NCBI GenBank assembly: GCA_052279835.1
Contig: CP181291.1
Location: 3,840,001 to 3,904,000 of the forward strand
Source: Microcoleus sp.
Lineage (GTDB): Bacteria > Cyanobacteriota > Cyanobacteriia > Cyanobacteriales > Microcoleaceae
Length of the DNA stretch: 64,000 bases
Direction of reading: 5' to 3'
The translations under genes were made by a program, and so were the position numbers. Below the pieces are notes generated by a model. The model was not told the origin of the DNA. It did no database searches and saw only the letters and a program-made list of their open reading frames with translations. Shown here piece by piece: positions 1 through 9,592 of this stretch. How positions within the stretch are numbered: position 1 is the first letter of the stretch; each line of letters opens with the position of its first letter.

Positions 1-385
1 GGAGACAGAAGCAGCAGAAACTAAAGCTCCGGGATGGGTGATGGCACTAGACAAGCAACTGTCACCCTATGCCTATGCCATCAATCTGTTTTACATTGTG
101 GGGGACGTTTTTCTACTGATTATTGCCACAGCATTGCTGCTGGCATTTTGGGGAGGACGTTTTTCTCAATCTTGGCGGATGATTGCTGCTGCAACTTTTT
201 CGCTGTACATCGCAGATATGTACTTTAAATGGCGTGATACTCAGGCTGAGGGTAGTTATCAAAGTGGCAGTTTGCTGGAAGTATTTTTTGTTTTCAGCGC
301 CATCTTGTTCGGCATAGGAGCTGTCCTAGAACATGATATCTCAACCCGTTCTCGCCAAAGCAGGCGCAGTAGGCGGGCTGCTTAA
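1..385 (+). CDS. C-terminal part of a multi-pass membrane protein (5' end outside the window)
   Basis: Frame is open from base 2 (ETEAAETKAPGWVMALDK...), with three hydrophobic segments and a basic C-terminus. Confidence 0.75.
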   Translation, partial: ETEAAETKAPGWVMALDKQLSPYAYAINLFYIVGDVFLLIIATALLLAFWGGRFSQSWRMIAAATFSLYIADMYFKWRDTQAEGSYQSGSLLEVFFVFSAILFGIGAVLEHDISTRSRQSRRSRRAA

Positions 386-543
386 GGATTTGATATTTGA
401 GGATTGTTGGCAAACTTTTTGGATACAAAAGCTTTGTAGCCGTGGCCAACATTTCTCAGATTCAAATTAACCAACAACCGAAATTCAGAGTTTGTTGACC
501 TTTAGCCTGCCCTTGAACAAGTCTTTTTGCTGGAAAACTTGGC

Positions 544-1548
544 ATGACGCCCACTAAACTCTCCGATTCAGATAAACGCGAAATCATCAGGCTGTACCGA
601 CAGTCGGACGAGAATACTATCACTCTGGCAAAGCACTACGGGGTCAGCAGTTCTACAGTCAGACGCATCCTTCAGAGTGCTTTGTCTGAGCGGGAATACG
701 AATCTTTAGTCCAGCAAAAACAAAAGCGTTTACCCGATCGCCCAATTATTTCTCAAGATACCCCAATGAAAGTGGACTCGTCCTCCTCTGTAAGTGACTC
801 CTATCCTTTATCTCCCACTGTTGCCCCATCAATGCCCACCAATTTGAGACAGAGAATCCCACAGCCATCTTTATCAGCCTCTGAGCCAGTTGCTGACATC
901 GGGGAGCAAGGTGCTATTTACTCAGATTTGGATGTTGCTGGCGCATCGGAAGTCAGGCACCAGAATCGTGTCGATCGCAGTGACTACGTGGATCTGACTG
1001 GGGAATTAAAGGTAATAGTGCCAGCAGAAGGACTTCTCGGAGGTGAAGATTTTAGGGATTTCGACGAGGATGAGGATGATTTAGATGAGGATGATTTAGA
1101 TGATGATTTAGATGATGATTTAGATGACTTCGACGGCGAGGATGTCGATGAGGATGACTCTCTGTTAGAAGCAAGTTTGCTGGGTTTGCGATCGTCCGAT
1201 GACTCGTTCCAGCTTCGGGGAAACACCCTGATTCAAATTTTACCTTTTAGCCTCGCGCCTCTTCCCAAAATTTGTTATTTGGTAGTCGATCGATCTGGGG
1301 AATTAATCACTAGACCCTTGAAAGCTTTTGGCGAACTGGGTCAAATTCCTCCCCAAGAATTTCGCGAGAAAACTTTGCCCGTTTTTGACAACCACCGAGT
1401 AGCTAGGCGATTTGCTACTCGCCATCAAAGAGTTTTTAAGATTCCTGATGGCATGATGCTACAAAAAACAGCACCTTATTTGCAAGCTAAGGGAATTACG
1501 AGGCTGTTAATTGACGGTCAGGTTTACTGCTTAGTTGAGCCTTTATAA
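544..1548 (+). CDS. Conserved cyanobacterial protein: N-terminal HTH, Asp/Glu-rich tract, conserved C-terminal domain
   Basis: LAKHYGVSSSTVRRIL HTH; DEDEDDLDEDDLDDDLDDD tract built from 12-bp repeats; C-terminal CYLVVDRSGELITRPL...LPVFDNHRVARRF. Confidence 0.8.
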   Translation: MTPTKLSDSDKREIIRLYRQSDENTITLAKHYGVSSSTVRRILQSALSEREYESLVQQKQKRLPDRPIISQDTPMKVDSSSSVSDSYPLSPTVAPSMPTNLRQRIPQPSLSASEPVADIGEQGAIYSDLDVAGASEVRHQNRVDRSDYVDLTGELKVIVPAEGLLGGEDFRDFDEDEDDLDEDDLDDDLDDDLDDFDGEDVDEDDSLLEASLLGLRSSDDSFQLRGNTLIQILPFSLAPLPKICYLVVDRSGELITRPLKAFGELGQIPPQEFREKTLPVFDNHRVARRFATRHQRVFKIPDGMMLQKTAPYLQAKGITRLLIDGQVYCLVEPL

Positions 1549-1563
1549 TTCGATCCCAAGTTA

Positions 1564-1821
1564 TCAGATATCTTCCTCTAGTTCGGCTCTGTCAGTAACT
1601 GGTTCTGAAGCCGAAAGCATCCATAGCGGTTGGAGAATTGCACCTCCTAGGAGTCCCACACTCAGGCTGATAGCTAAGACTACTCCTACGGGCATTGGTA
1701 TGGATTGGAACAAGGTAAAGTTTAGGGATACTGGGGTGGCGTTTTGGACTGAGATAATACCCATCGCGCTGACCAAAATTGCTAGTAAAAAACTAATGGC
1801 GAGCAAAGGAATTGTTTTCAT
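1564..1821 (-). CDS. LapA/DUF1049-family small membrane protein
   Basis: Two TM helices flanking SVQNATPVSLNF...SIPMPVGVVL. Confidence 0.8.
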   Translation of the reverse strand: MKTIPLLAISFLLAILVSAMGIISVQNATPVSLNFTLFQSIPMPVGVVLAISLSVGLLGGAILQPLWMLSASEPVTDRAELEEDI

Positions 1822-2106
1822 AAAGGGGTTGACAAGTCAATGATTAACCTGCTATGCTTTTTATATAATAGAAATATGTGTTAAAATATTATTTTTGCAA
1901 ATATCCCATTATTTAATAATATACAATATAACCCGGTCAAAAGTCAAGGGAATATCCAAAATTTTGAGGATTTTTTTGTTTTTAGGATATAAAAACATTA
2001 CAATTGCCAAACCGCAACGAATCCAAAGTCTGTACTTGCTAGGGTTTTGCAATCAGGGCTGAGAGCATAAATAATTATCTGTCTATTTTCGAACTCAAAG
2101 GTGCGA

Positions 2107-2445
2107 TTAATCACGATTAAATATAGCATTAATAGCAATAAGAAAGTCAAATATTAAAAGACCGCTGGCGGCTGTAGAGCCCAGTAAAAGTATTGATGCT
2201 AACCACTGTTTTTGTAATATTTTAATAATTGTCATTCCTAAGCCAAGGACTATAGATAAAGTGCTCCAGCCTAAAAACATCCCATAAATCGATTGGGATT
2301 CTAAAATCAGGTTGATTAGTCGTGAGTGTAAAGTTTTGCCAAATATTTGAATAAAGATTGCATCGTGAAATATCGCTGTTGCCCCGAGGAAAGTAAGGAG
2401 AGATAAAGACATAAAAATAATGTCTATAATCTTGAGCTTTTTCAT
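2107..2445 (-). CDS. Hypothetical AT-rich membrane protein (3 TM)
   Basis: 112-aa ATG ORF with three hydrophobic helices; no family recognised. Confidence 0.55.
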   Translation of the reverse strand: MKKLKIIDIIFMSLSLLTFLGATAIFHDAIFIQIFGKTLHSRLINLILESQSIYGMFLGWSTLSIVLGLGMTIIKILQKQWLASILLLGSTAASGLLIFDFLIAINAIFNRD

Positions 2446-2474
2446 TGATAAGTCTAGGAATTTAAAAAGAGGTT

Positions 2475-2567
2475 AGGACTTACACAATCCGACGAAAGAA
2501 ACAGGGTTTTTTTAGTATAGGACTGTTTGTAAAAAACCCCGTTTCTAGTACCCCATGCGTAAGTCCT
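2475..2567. mobile_element. MITE of the AGGACTTAC(G/A)C...GCGTAAGTCCT family with internal AGAAAC.GGGTTTTT / AAAAACCC.GTTTCT inverted repeat
   Basis: Terminal inverted repeats read directly; related or degenerate copies at about 4266-4362, 34823-34910 (inverted) and 47846-47872. Confidence 0.65.
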
Positions 2568-2671
2568 CAATTAGTAAAGTGTGTAGCACACCTTGCAGCT
2601 ATAGTTATTACCTAAATCCTCTCGTTCTCAAACCGCAGGGGTAAGGGGTCTGGGTTGAAAGAAATTGAAGT

Positions 2672-4105
2672 TTAAACAGGTTCTAACTCAGAAATTACCT
2701 GTTTCATGTGAGCGGCGATTTTGGCTTCTTTTTCCACAGAATTTGTTTCCATGTAAACCCGCATCAACGGTTCAGTCCCCGAAGGTCTCAAAAGTATCCA
2801 GCCACCATCTTCAAGATAGAGTTTAATTCCGTCTTTGCGGCCGATTTCCTTGACGCCAATACCAGCTACTTCTGAGGGTGGGTTATTAGTGAAAAAGGCT
2901 AAAACGGCTGCTTTGTGGGCATCGTCTAGGTGCAAGTCGAGACGCTTGTTGTAGAGGGGGCCGTCGGCTTCGCGGATGGCTTCTTCCACTAGCTGAGAAA
3001 GGGGTTTTCCTTCGTAGGCGATCGCCTCTGCGACCAGCATATCAGCCAAAATCCCATCTTTTTCGGGGATGTGCCCCAACACGCTCAAACCGCCGGATTC
3101 TTCGCCGCCGATGAGTACCGCTGTTTCTCGCATTTTTTGGCCGATATATTTAAAACCCACGGCGGTTTCGTAGATTTTTAAACCGTACTTGGCGGCCATA
3201 TTGTCCAGCAAGTGGGTAGTGGCGACGGTACGGACGATCGCCCCTGTTAGGCCTTTATTTTTCACCAAGTGACGCGCTAGCAGCAACAGCACAGTATTTG
3301 GAGTCAATACATTGCCTAACTCGTCCACAATCCCAAAGCGATCGCTATCGCCATCTGTGGCCAAGCCCAAATCCGCGGCATCTTTCTTAACAGCTTCTAC
3401 TAACTCAACCAACTGTTCGCCCTTGGGTTCCGGCATTCCGCCGCCAAACAGCACGTCGCGGTAGGTGTGAAAACTTTCTAAATCGCAGCCGCAGTGTTCC
3501 AAAACCTCGTCTAGATAGCCACGAGAAGTCGAATAGAGGGCATCGTACTTGACTTTTAATTTAGCCGATCGAATCCGTTCTACATCGATCGAGGCATACA
3601 GAAACTTGAGATATTCGGGTTTGGGATCGAAACTTGAAATTTTATCGTTGTGGCTGCCTTTGGCTGGGGCATCAGACGCACCAGCAATATTTGCCACAAT
3701 TGTATCGGTAATTTCCGGGGTGGCCGGGCCTGCGTAGTCGGGGATGTATTTGATGCCGCAGTAAGGTGCGGGGTTGTGTGAAGCCGTGAACATCAGGGCT
3801 CCGGCGGAGTTTAAGTGCTTGGCGCTGTAGGCAATAACTGGTGTGGGGCAATCGCGATCGACCAATTTCACTGTCCACCCCAAATCTGCCAGTACCTCCG
3901 ATGCAGTGCGGGCAAACTCGTCTGCCAGAAAACGGGTATCGTATGATACTAGCACTGGGCGGTCTTTGGTGTAAGCGGTTTCGAGATAACTGGCGATCGC
4001 CCGCGTCACTTTACGCACGTTAGCAAAAGTAAAGTCATGGGCTATCAGTCCCCGCCACCCGTCTGTTCCGAACTTGATTTCCGTTGAATTGCTGCTACTG
4101 CTCAT
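2672..4105 (-). CDS. Phosphoglucomutase/phosphomannomutase (alpha-D-phosphohexomutase) family protein
   Basis: KFGTDGWRG, TASHNP phosphoserine loop, DGDSDR metal loop, GEESGG; AGGAG 8 nt before the ATG at 4105. Confidence 0.93.
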   Translation of the reverse strand: MSSSSNSTEIKFGTDGWRGLIAHDFTFANVRKVTRAIASYLETAYTKDRPVLVSYDTRFLADEFARTASEVLADLGWTVKLVDRDCPTPVIAYSAKHLNSAGALMFTASHNPAPYCGIKYIPDYAGPATPEITDTIVANIAGASDAPAKGSHNDKISSFDPKPEYLKFLYASIDVERIRSAKLKVKYDALYSTSRGYLDEVLEHCGCDLESFHTYRDVLFGGGMPEPKGEQLVELVEAVKKDAADLGLATDGDSDRFGIVDELGNVLTPNTVLLLLARHLVKNKGLTGAIVRTVATTHLLDNMAAKYGLKIYETAVGFKYIGQKMRETAVLIGGEESGGLSVLGHIPEKDGILADMLVAEAIAYEGKPLSQLVEEAIREADGPLYNKRLDLHLDDAHKAAVLAFFTNNPPSEVAGIGVKEIGRKDGIKLYLEDGGWILLRPSGTEPLMRVYMETNSVEKEAKIAAHMKQVISELEPV

Positions 4106-4491
4106 GTTCGCCACTCCTTTTGATTTTATATGTAATTAATCGTACTAGAAGGCTATGCTATCGAGGCCGATCGCCCGTGTACTTTTCCTACCCAGCGAGT
4201 ACCTAGCTACTATAAGCTGCTACGCATCCTTATTTTCGATCGCCCCCTGAAGATGGCATCTTGAACAGGACTGACGCACGGCGGTGAAAAACCTGGTTAA
4301 TTCCTCAATATTTATCGAAAAAACGACTATTTTGGGAAGAAACCGGATTTTGTGCGTCCAGGACTATTTCACAAACTTGCTACTATCTCTCGATCGCATA
4401 AATCTGATTGAAATTGATAATTTAAGTTTTTCTTGATAATAGCCGAGAATCAAATAAAAAATGGGCATGGGTAATTGGTAATTGGCATTCT

Positions 4492-4884
4492 CTATTTAAA
4501 ATTCCAACCAGCAATTGCTAAACATACCCAACCGACAATATAAGCAACTCCTCCCAAGGGAGTAATTGCGCCCAGTAATTTGATGTTAGTTAGACTAAGG
4601 GCGTACAAACTGCCTGAAAAGATGACTGTACCCACAATAAAAGCCCATCCAGAAACTGCAAGAAAGGTTTGAGATGCCTCGGCACGGCTCAAGATTAATG
4701 CCACCAGTAATAAAGCCAGGGCGTGATACATTTGATAGCGGGCACCTGTCTCAAAGATTTCTAAAGAGCGATCGCTTAACTTGTCTTTTAAAGCGTGAGA
4801 GGCAAAAGCGCCACCAGCGACGGATAAACCTCCAAATAGGGCTGCGGTGGCGAGGAAGATGCGCGTTAAGATTAGTGATGACAT
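4492..4884 (-). CDS. DUF423/YgdD (TMEM256-like) membrane protein
   Basis: GAFASHAL...FETGARYQMYHALALL...FSGSLY...GAITPLGG signature. Confidence 0.92.
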   Translation of the reverse strand: MSSLILTRIFLATAALFGGLSVAGGAFASHALKDKLSDRSLEIFETGARYQMYHALALLLVALILSRAEASQTFLAVSGWAFIVGTVIFSGSLYALSLTNIKLLGAITPLGGVAYIVGWVCLAIAGWNFK

Positions 4885-5081
4885 AATTTAATCAAAAATT
4901 GCTGTTTATTTAATTTTAGGGTGCTGTGGGGATGGTCGATCGGGAAATCAGGTAAACCACGGAGTTTCCAGGACTAGGAGTGCTTCCAGGGGTGTTTGAG
5001 GGGCTTTTCCCCCATCATCCCAAAATTCTGGCTAAATTAAAGAAGTGTAAAAACTACTCAGGCACTACCAAGGAGATATCT

Positions 5082-6761
5082 ATGCCTCGCGTCAGAGCAC
5101 CAGAATTCCCCACGAATTACCCCTGGTTAAATACCGACAAACCCATCTCCCTCGAATCCCTCAAAGGCCGCGTCGTCATCCTTGACTTCTGGACATACTG
5201 CTGCATCAATTGCTTGCACGTCCTCCCAGACTTAAAATACCTCGAACAAAAATACCCTGATTCCCTCACGGTGATCGGCGTTCATTCTGCCAAATTTGAT
5301 AATGAAAAGGAAGTGGAAAATATCCGCCAAGCTATCCTCCGCTACGATATTGAACATCCCGTAATCGTAGACAGCGAGATGACAATTTGGCAGAATTATG
5401 CTGTGCGTGCTTGGCCGACTTTAATGGTAATCGATCCAGAAAGTTATGTCATCGGTTACGTTTCTGGTGAAGGCAATAGAGCAGCACTTGATGAGTTAGT
5501 TGGCAACTTAATTGCTGAATACAAAGAGAAAAATACCATTAACTTTGAAGCACTCAGTTTTAGCTTAGAAAAACAACGCAAACCTCTCTCCACACCTCTG
5601 GCTTTTCCTGGTAAAGTGCTGGCATTTGCAATTACGGCAACTGAGGCAAAACAGCTTCATCAACATGAGGCTCTTTTGGGAGAAATGACGGAAAATAGTG
5701 AATCTGTAGACGAAATTGTAGAACCAGGACCTGCGAATTCAGTCATACAAAGCTTAGTCGGTTCTTGCTTGTTTATTGCCGATTCAGGACACCATAGGAT
5801 TGTTGTCAGCACCATCGAAGGTGAGGTTCTGCACGTCATCGGTACTGGGAAACCGGGTTTAACTGATGGTAACTTTGAAGAAGCGGAGTTTTTTGCTCCC
5901 CAAGGAATGGCTTTTGATGCAGAAAGTCAGATTCTTTATGTTGCTGATACCGAAAATCACGCTCTCAGAACAATTGATTTTACTACTGGGCAAGTCCAAA
6001 CTATTGCTGGTAACGGTGAACAAAGTCACGAAATTGTACCGCAGAGTGGTAAGGCTTTAGAAATACAGTTGAATTCCCCTTGGGATTTGGAAAGAGTTGG
6101 ACATAGGCTGTTTATTGCAATGGCGGGCTCGCACCAAATTTGGGAAATGAATTTAGATACGGGAATTATTGGTACTTATGCGGGTAATGGGCGAGAATCC
6201 TGTGTTGATGGGAATCTGGCAGAATCTGCTTTTTCTCAGCCCAGTGGGCTGGCTACGGATCGATTGGAGTTGTTTGTGGCTGATAGCGAAATTAGTTCGA
6301 TTAGGGCGATCGGCATTGATGAAAATCCACAAGTGCGAACTGTCTGTGGTAGTGGTGACTTGTTTGGTTTTGGCGATCTAGATGGTCGCGCTGATGAGGT
6401 AAGATTGCAGCACTGTTTGGGTGTGGAATACGCTCAAAATTATCTTTGGGTGGCTGATACTTACAATCACAAAATTAAGCGGATAGACCACCGGAGCGGT
6501 ATATGCAGAACTATGATTGGAGATGGTACTCCCGGTCATGTTGATGGTCAAGGTATCAGTGTTCGCTTGTTTGAACCTTCAGGATTAAGCGCGATCGGAC
6601 CTCATTTGTTTATTGCTGATACAAATAATCATGCTATTCGTTTAGTTGAGTTAAATACTCTGGAAGTGAAAACTTTGGATTTCCCAGGTTTGTGTGCTCC
6701 TGATGTTTGTGTTCCAGATCGCGCTTTTGGCAATACCTCACTGCTTGGCAAACCGATCTAA
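5082..6761 (+). CDS. Thioredoxin-like plus NHL-repeat beta-propeller protein (NHLRC2/SOQ1-like)
   Basis: DFWTYCCINC motif, GVHSAKF, several FIADSGHHRI/YVADTENHAL NHL repeats; AGGAG RBS before MPRVRAPEF. Confidence 0.9.
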   Translation: MPRVRAPEFPTNYPWLNTDKPISLESLKGRVVILDFWTYCCINCLHVLPDLKYLEQKYPDSLTVIGVHSAKFDNEKEVENIRQAILRYDIEHPVIVDSEMTIWQNYAVRAWPTLMVIDPESYVIGYVSGEGNRAALDELVGNLIAEYKEKNTINFEALSFSLEKQRKPLSTPLAFPGKVLAFAITATEAKQLHQHEALLGEMTENSESVDEIVEPGPANSVIQSLVGSCLFIADSGHHRIVVSTIEGEVLHVIGTGKPGLTDGNFEEAEFFAPQGMAFDAESQILYVADTENHALRTIDFTTGQVQTIAGNGEQSHEIVPQSGKALEIQLNSPWDLERVGHRLFIAMAGSHQIWEMNLDTGIIGTYAGNGRESCVDGNLAESAFSQPSGLATDRLELFVADSEISSIRAIGIDENPQVRTVCGSGDLFGFGDLDGRADEVRLQHCLGVEYAQNYLWVADTYNHKIKRIDHRSGICRTMIGDGTPGHVDGQGISVRLFEPSGLSAIGPHLFIADTNNHAIRLVELNTLEVKTLDFPGLCAPDVCVPDRAFGNTSLLGKPI

Positions 6762-6850
6762 CAATCCTACTAAGTTTGTAGTGAGGAATTTATTCTGTTT
6801 TTACGGCTTTTAGCCCATCAGGAATAAAGTCCTTACTGCAAACCAGTGTG

Positions 6851-6971
6851 GGGAGCATCCCGATTTTGCATAGGCGAAGCATGACCGCAGAAAATTTATT
6901 AGTGATAACCAGAGATTTACAGCGGTCATGCTTCGCCCCTACCGATATATTTGCAAAATCGGGATGCTCCC
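6851..6971. mobile_element. 121-bp MITE with 20-bp TIR GGGAGCATCCCGATTTTGCA, 8-bp TSD CCAGTGTG and an internal REP-like hairpin
   Basis: Perfect TIRs; CCAGTGTG at 6843-6850 and 6972-6979; second copy inverted at 12833-12953. Confidence 0.9.
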
Positions 6972-7035
6972 CCAGTGTGATGATGGGCGGAGGGAATGCA
7001 GCGAAGATGATATCACTCCTGATGGGGACAAAAAT

Positions 7036-7839
7036 TTAAAATTCGGAACAACTGAGCAATCGCATAATTTTTTCCACATCATTCAACTCTCCCACAATAC
7101 GTCGGACAGGTTTTGGCCAAACTTTAATCAAAGTAGGAGTAGCAGAAATCTGATCTTTTTCGGCTTGTTCGGGATGCTTAAACACATCAATTACTTTTAA
7201 GGTATAGGGATAGTGCAGGGCTTTTTCTAACAATTGGTGTACGGTTTCGAGAGTTCGTTCGGTATTAGCATTGTTGCCTGAAATAAACAACCGCAGCACG
7301 TAGCCTTGAGTTTCTGCCTGTTCGGTAAGTGCAGTGGTTAGAGGAATCTGGGTTTGCTGTGGCTTTGGGAATCGGGAAGGAGGTGCCATGCCGGAACTGC
7401 GAAATTCCGATCGAGATTCTGCGTTCTTCCAATGTATAACTAGGTCATGATTCTCCCAAAGTTCGGGGAATTCTTTGTGATAAGTAGCGATCGCCATGGG
7501 CTCACACATTTCTTCCACACGGGGGTGCCAAACCAAATCACCAGTCTCAAAAACCGCATTTAGCAGCGTTTGGTGTCGCATCACTGGTGGGTAGGCTTCG
7601 GCAGCAATTCGCAACTGGCGATCGCGCGGATCTAACCAACAGTCAACAGTAGCGGTGTAGCAAGGCACTAAAAAATGTGGTGGTTCCGACAAACCAAGTA
7701 TGGATTGTAGGGCTACGCACAATTGCAAGTGCCACCGAGCTTGCTTGCATGAGTCTATGCAGTAGATTAAATCTCCACCAGGTGTAAAAAGTGCAATGCC
7801 TTTGAAAATTTGGGGCAAGGGTGGGCGATCGGCTTTCAA
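7036..7839 (-). CDS. KaiB-domain-containing protein (N-terminal uncharacterised domain plus C-terminal KaiB-like domain); start uncertain
   Basis: C-terminal YVLRLFISG...YTLKVIDVFKHPEQAEKDQISATPTLIKVWPKPVRRIVGEL; frame open to 7941, TTG at 7839 chosen. Confidence 0.85.
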   Translation of the reverse strand: MKADRPPLPQIFKGIALFTPGGDLIYCIDSCKQARWHLQLCVALQSILGLSEPPHFLVPCYTATVDCWLDPRDRQLRIAAEAYPPVMRHQTLLNAVFETGDLVWHPRVEEMCEPMAIATYHKEFPELWENHDLVIHWKNAESRSEFRSSGMAPPSRFPKPQQTQIPLTTALTEQAETQGYVLRLFISGNNANTERTLETVHQLLEKALHYPYTLKVIDVFKHPEQAEKDQISATPTLIKVWPKPVRRIVGELNDVEKIMRLLSCSEF

Positions 7840-7954
7840 TGAAGTACACCAATAAAAGTTAACAGATAGATAGATTACTGGCTGCCTCAAGGCTGCAACT
7901 AGGTTCGCTCCCCGGCTGGAAAATCCGGGGTTTGCACGCAAACTGCCATAACAG

Positions 7955-9283
7955 TTAACTGTTAACAGTTAACTGTTGATACTGGATTTTTAGACACGAC
8001 CCTCGAAGCATTTGGGCCATTTCATTAGGAGATGGGGACTGTTCGATACAAATCTCTTCAGTGATCCGACCTTCTTGATAAAGCCCGTAAAGAGACTTAT
8101 TCATCGTCGTCATACCCTCATAGGTATCTTTGATCATGATTTGGTTAATTTCTTCATTCTGCCCCTTCATGATGTATTCCTTAACCACGTCAGTATTGAT
8201 CAGAACGTCGTGGAAGGCAGCCCGCTTACCATCTGTGGTTTTACACAGCAGTTGAGCGATGATTGCAACTAGAGACTCCGCCATCGAAACCCGTAGAGCC
8301 GGTTGTTCTTCTGAACCAAACATATCCAGAATCCGGTTCAGGGTTTTGACAGCGCTGTTGGTGTGCAACGTCCCCGCTACCAAGTGACCTGTTTGGGCAG
8401 CTTTCAGGGCGATTTCCACTGTTTCTCTATCGCGAATTTCCCCTACTAGCATCATGTCGGGGTCTTGTCGCAGGGCCCCTTTCAGGGCGTTGATAAACTT
8501 GAGGGTATGTCGGCCCACTTCCCGGTGCTTGATCAAAGATTTTCGACTGGTGTGTACAAATTCTACAGGGTCTTCGATCGTAATAATGTGGTGAGATTTA
8601 TTTTTGTTGATGTAATCAATCATGGCAGCCATCGTGGTGGACTTACCGGAACCCGTGGGCCCTGTCACCAAAATTAGACCTTTATGATAGCCACATATTT
8701 TCCGAAATACCTCTGGTAGCTTCAATTGCTCCATGGTCAAAATTTCGGCGGGGATGAGCCGCAATACCATAGCAGGGCCTGCTAAAGAGTCAAAGGCGCT
8801 GATCCGAATGCGGACAAAACCAAAGTCGAAGGCACCATCAAAATCTAGGTTTTTCTGGAAGTAGGCAATTTCATCATCAGTCATGCACTCCCGCAGCCAA
8901 CCCATGAACATATCTAAATCAGTTAGGGGATAGCCTGCATCAGTAATTTCACCGCGCTTGCGGAAGCGGGGGATCTCGTTGACTCCCAAGTGCAAGTCAG
9001 AAATGCCTTCTTCTTTGGCTCGCAGAACGAGTTCTCTCAAGCTGGGGTTTCCATTGTTTCCTGAGCTGGACTCTTTGGATGGGGCAAAGGATTGGGGGGC
9101 TGGTGCAGCCGGAGGCGGGGCAGATGCTGGCGCGGGAGGAGGCGATGGTGGTGCTGGTGGTGGTGGTGCTGGCAATCCTCCGGTTTTGGGAATGCCGGGA
9201 GCTGGAGGGCGGGGTGGCATACCTGGGGGTGGTGGAGCACCAGGTACGGGGGGGCGAGGAGCTGGCGGACGCTGTTGTGTCAT
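7955..9283 (-). CDS. pilT: Type IV pilus retraction ATPase PilT (PilT2 type with Pro-rich N-terminus); true stop possibly 7990
   Basis: SDLHL, Walker A GPTGSGKSTT, TIEDPVE, ALRQDPDMMLVGEIRD, TGHLVAGTLHT. Confidence 0.93.
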   Translation of the reverse strand: MTQQRPPAPRPPVPGAPPPPGMPPRPPAPGIPKTGGLPAPPPPAPPSPPPAPASAPPPAAPAPQSFAPSKESSSGNNGNPSLRELVLRAKEEGISDLHLGVNEIPRFRKRGEITDAGYPLTDLDMFMGWLRECMTDDEIAYFQKNLDFDGAFDFGFVRIRISAFDSLAGPAMVLRLIPAEILTMEQLKLPEVFRKICGYHKGLILVTGPTGSGKSTTMAAMIDYINKNKSHHIITIEDPVEFVHTSRKSLIKHREVGRHTLKFINALKGALRQDPDMMLVGEIRDRETVEIALKAAQTGHLVAGTLHTNSAVKTLNRILDMFGSEEQPALRVSMAESLVAIIAQLLCKTTDGKRAAFHDVLINTDVVKEYIMKGQNEEINQIMIKDTYEGMTTMNKSLYGLYQEGRITEEICIEQSPSPNEMAQMLRGSCLKIQYQQLTVNS

Positions 9284-9592
9284 ATGCGCTACCTAAATGT
9301 TGGCGAAAAGGCTTAGTTGAGCGAATGATTTGTGGAAGTCGGGGAATGTTAAACGCGATTTTGCGTGTCTTCAACAAAAGCTTAACTTTTCACATTAGTC
9401 TATCTCAAGAGGGAGCAAAACAGCGTTATCCCAACCGGAATTTTATTCCTTATATCCTATACCGATCGCGATCGGTATAGGATAAACAATAGATATTTTG
9501 AGTCTGTTGAGAATTTTTTTTAGGTCTAGAGTTGTAACTGCGCCCGCAGTATAAATTATTACCTATATTTGTATTGAAAGGATTGGAATCTA

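Noticed and set aside
4132..4145. GTA-N8-TAC NtcA-like site upstream of the PGM/PMM gene
   Set aside because: A single 6-bp-information match with no supporting promoter geometry
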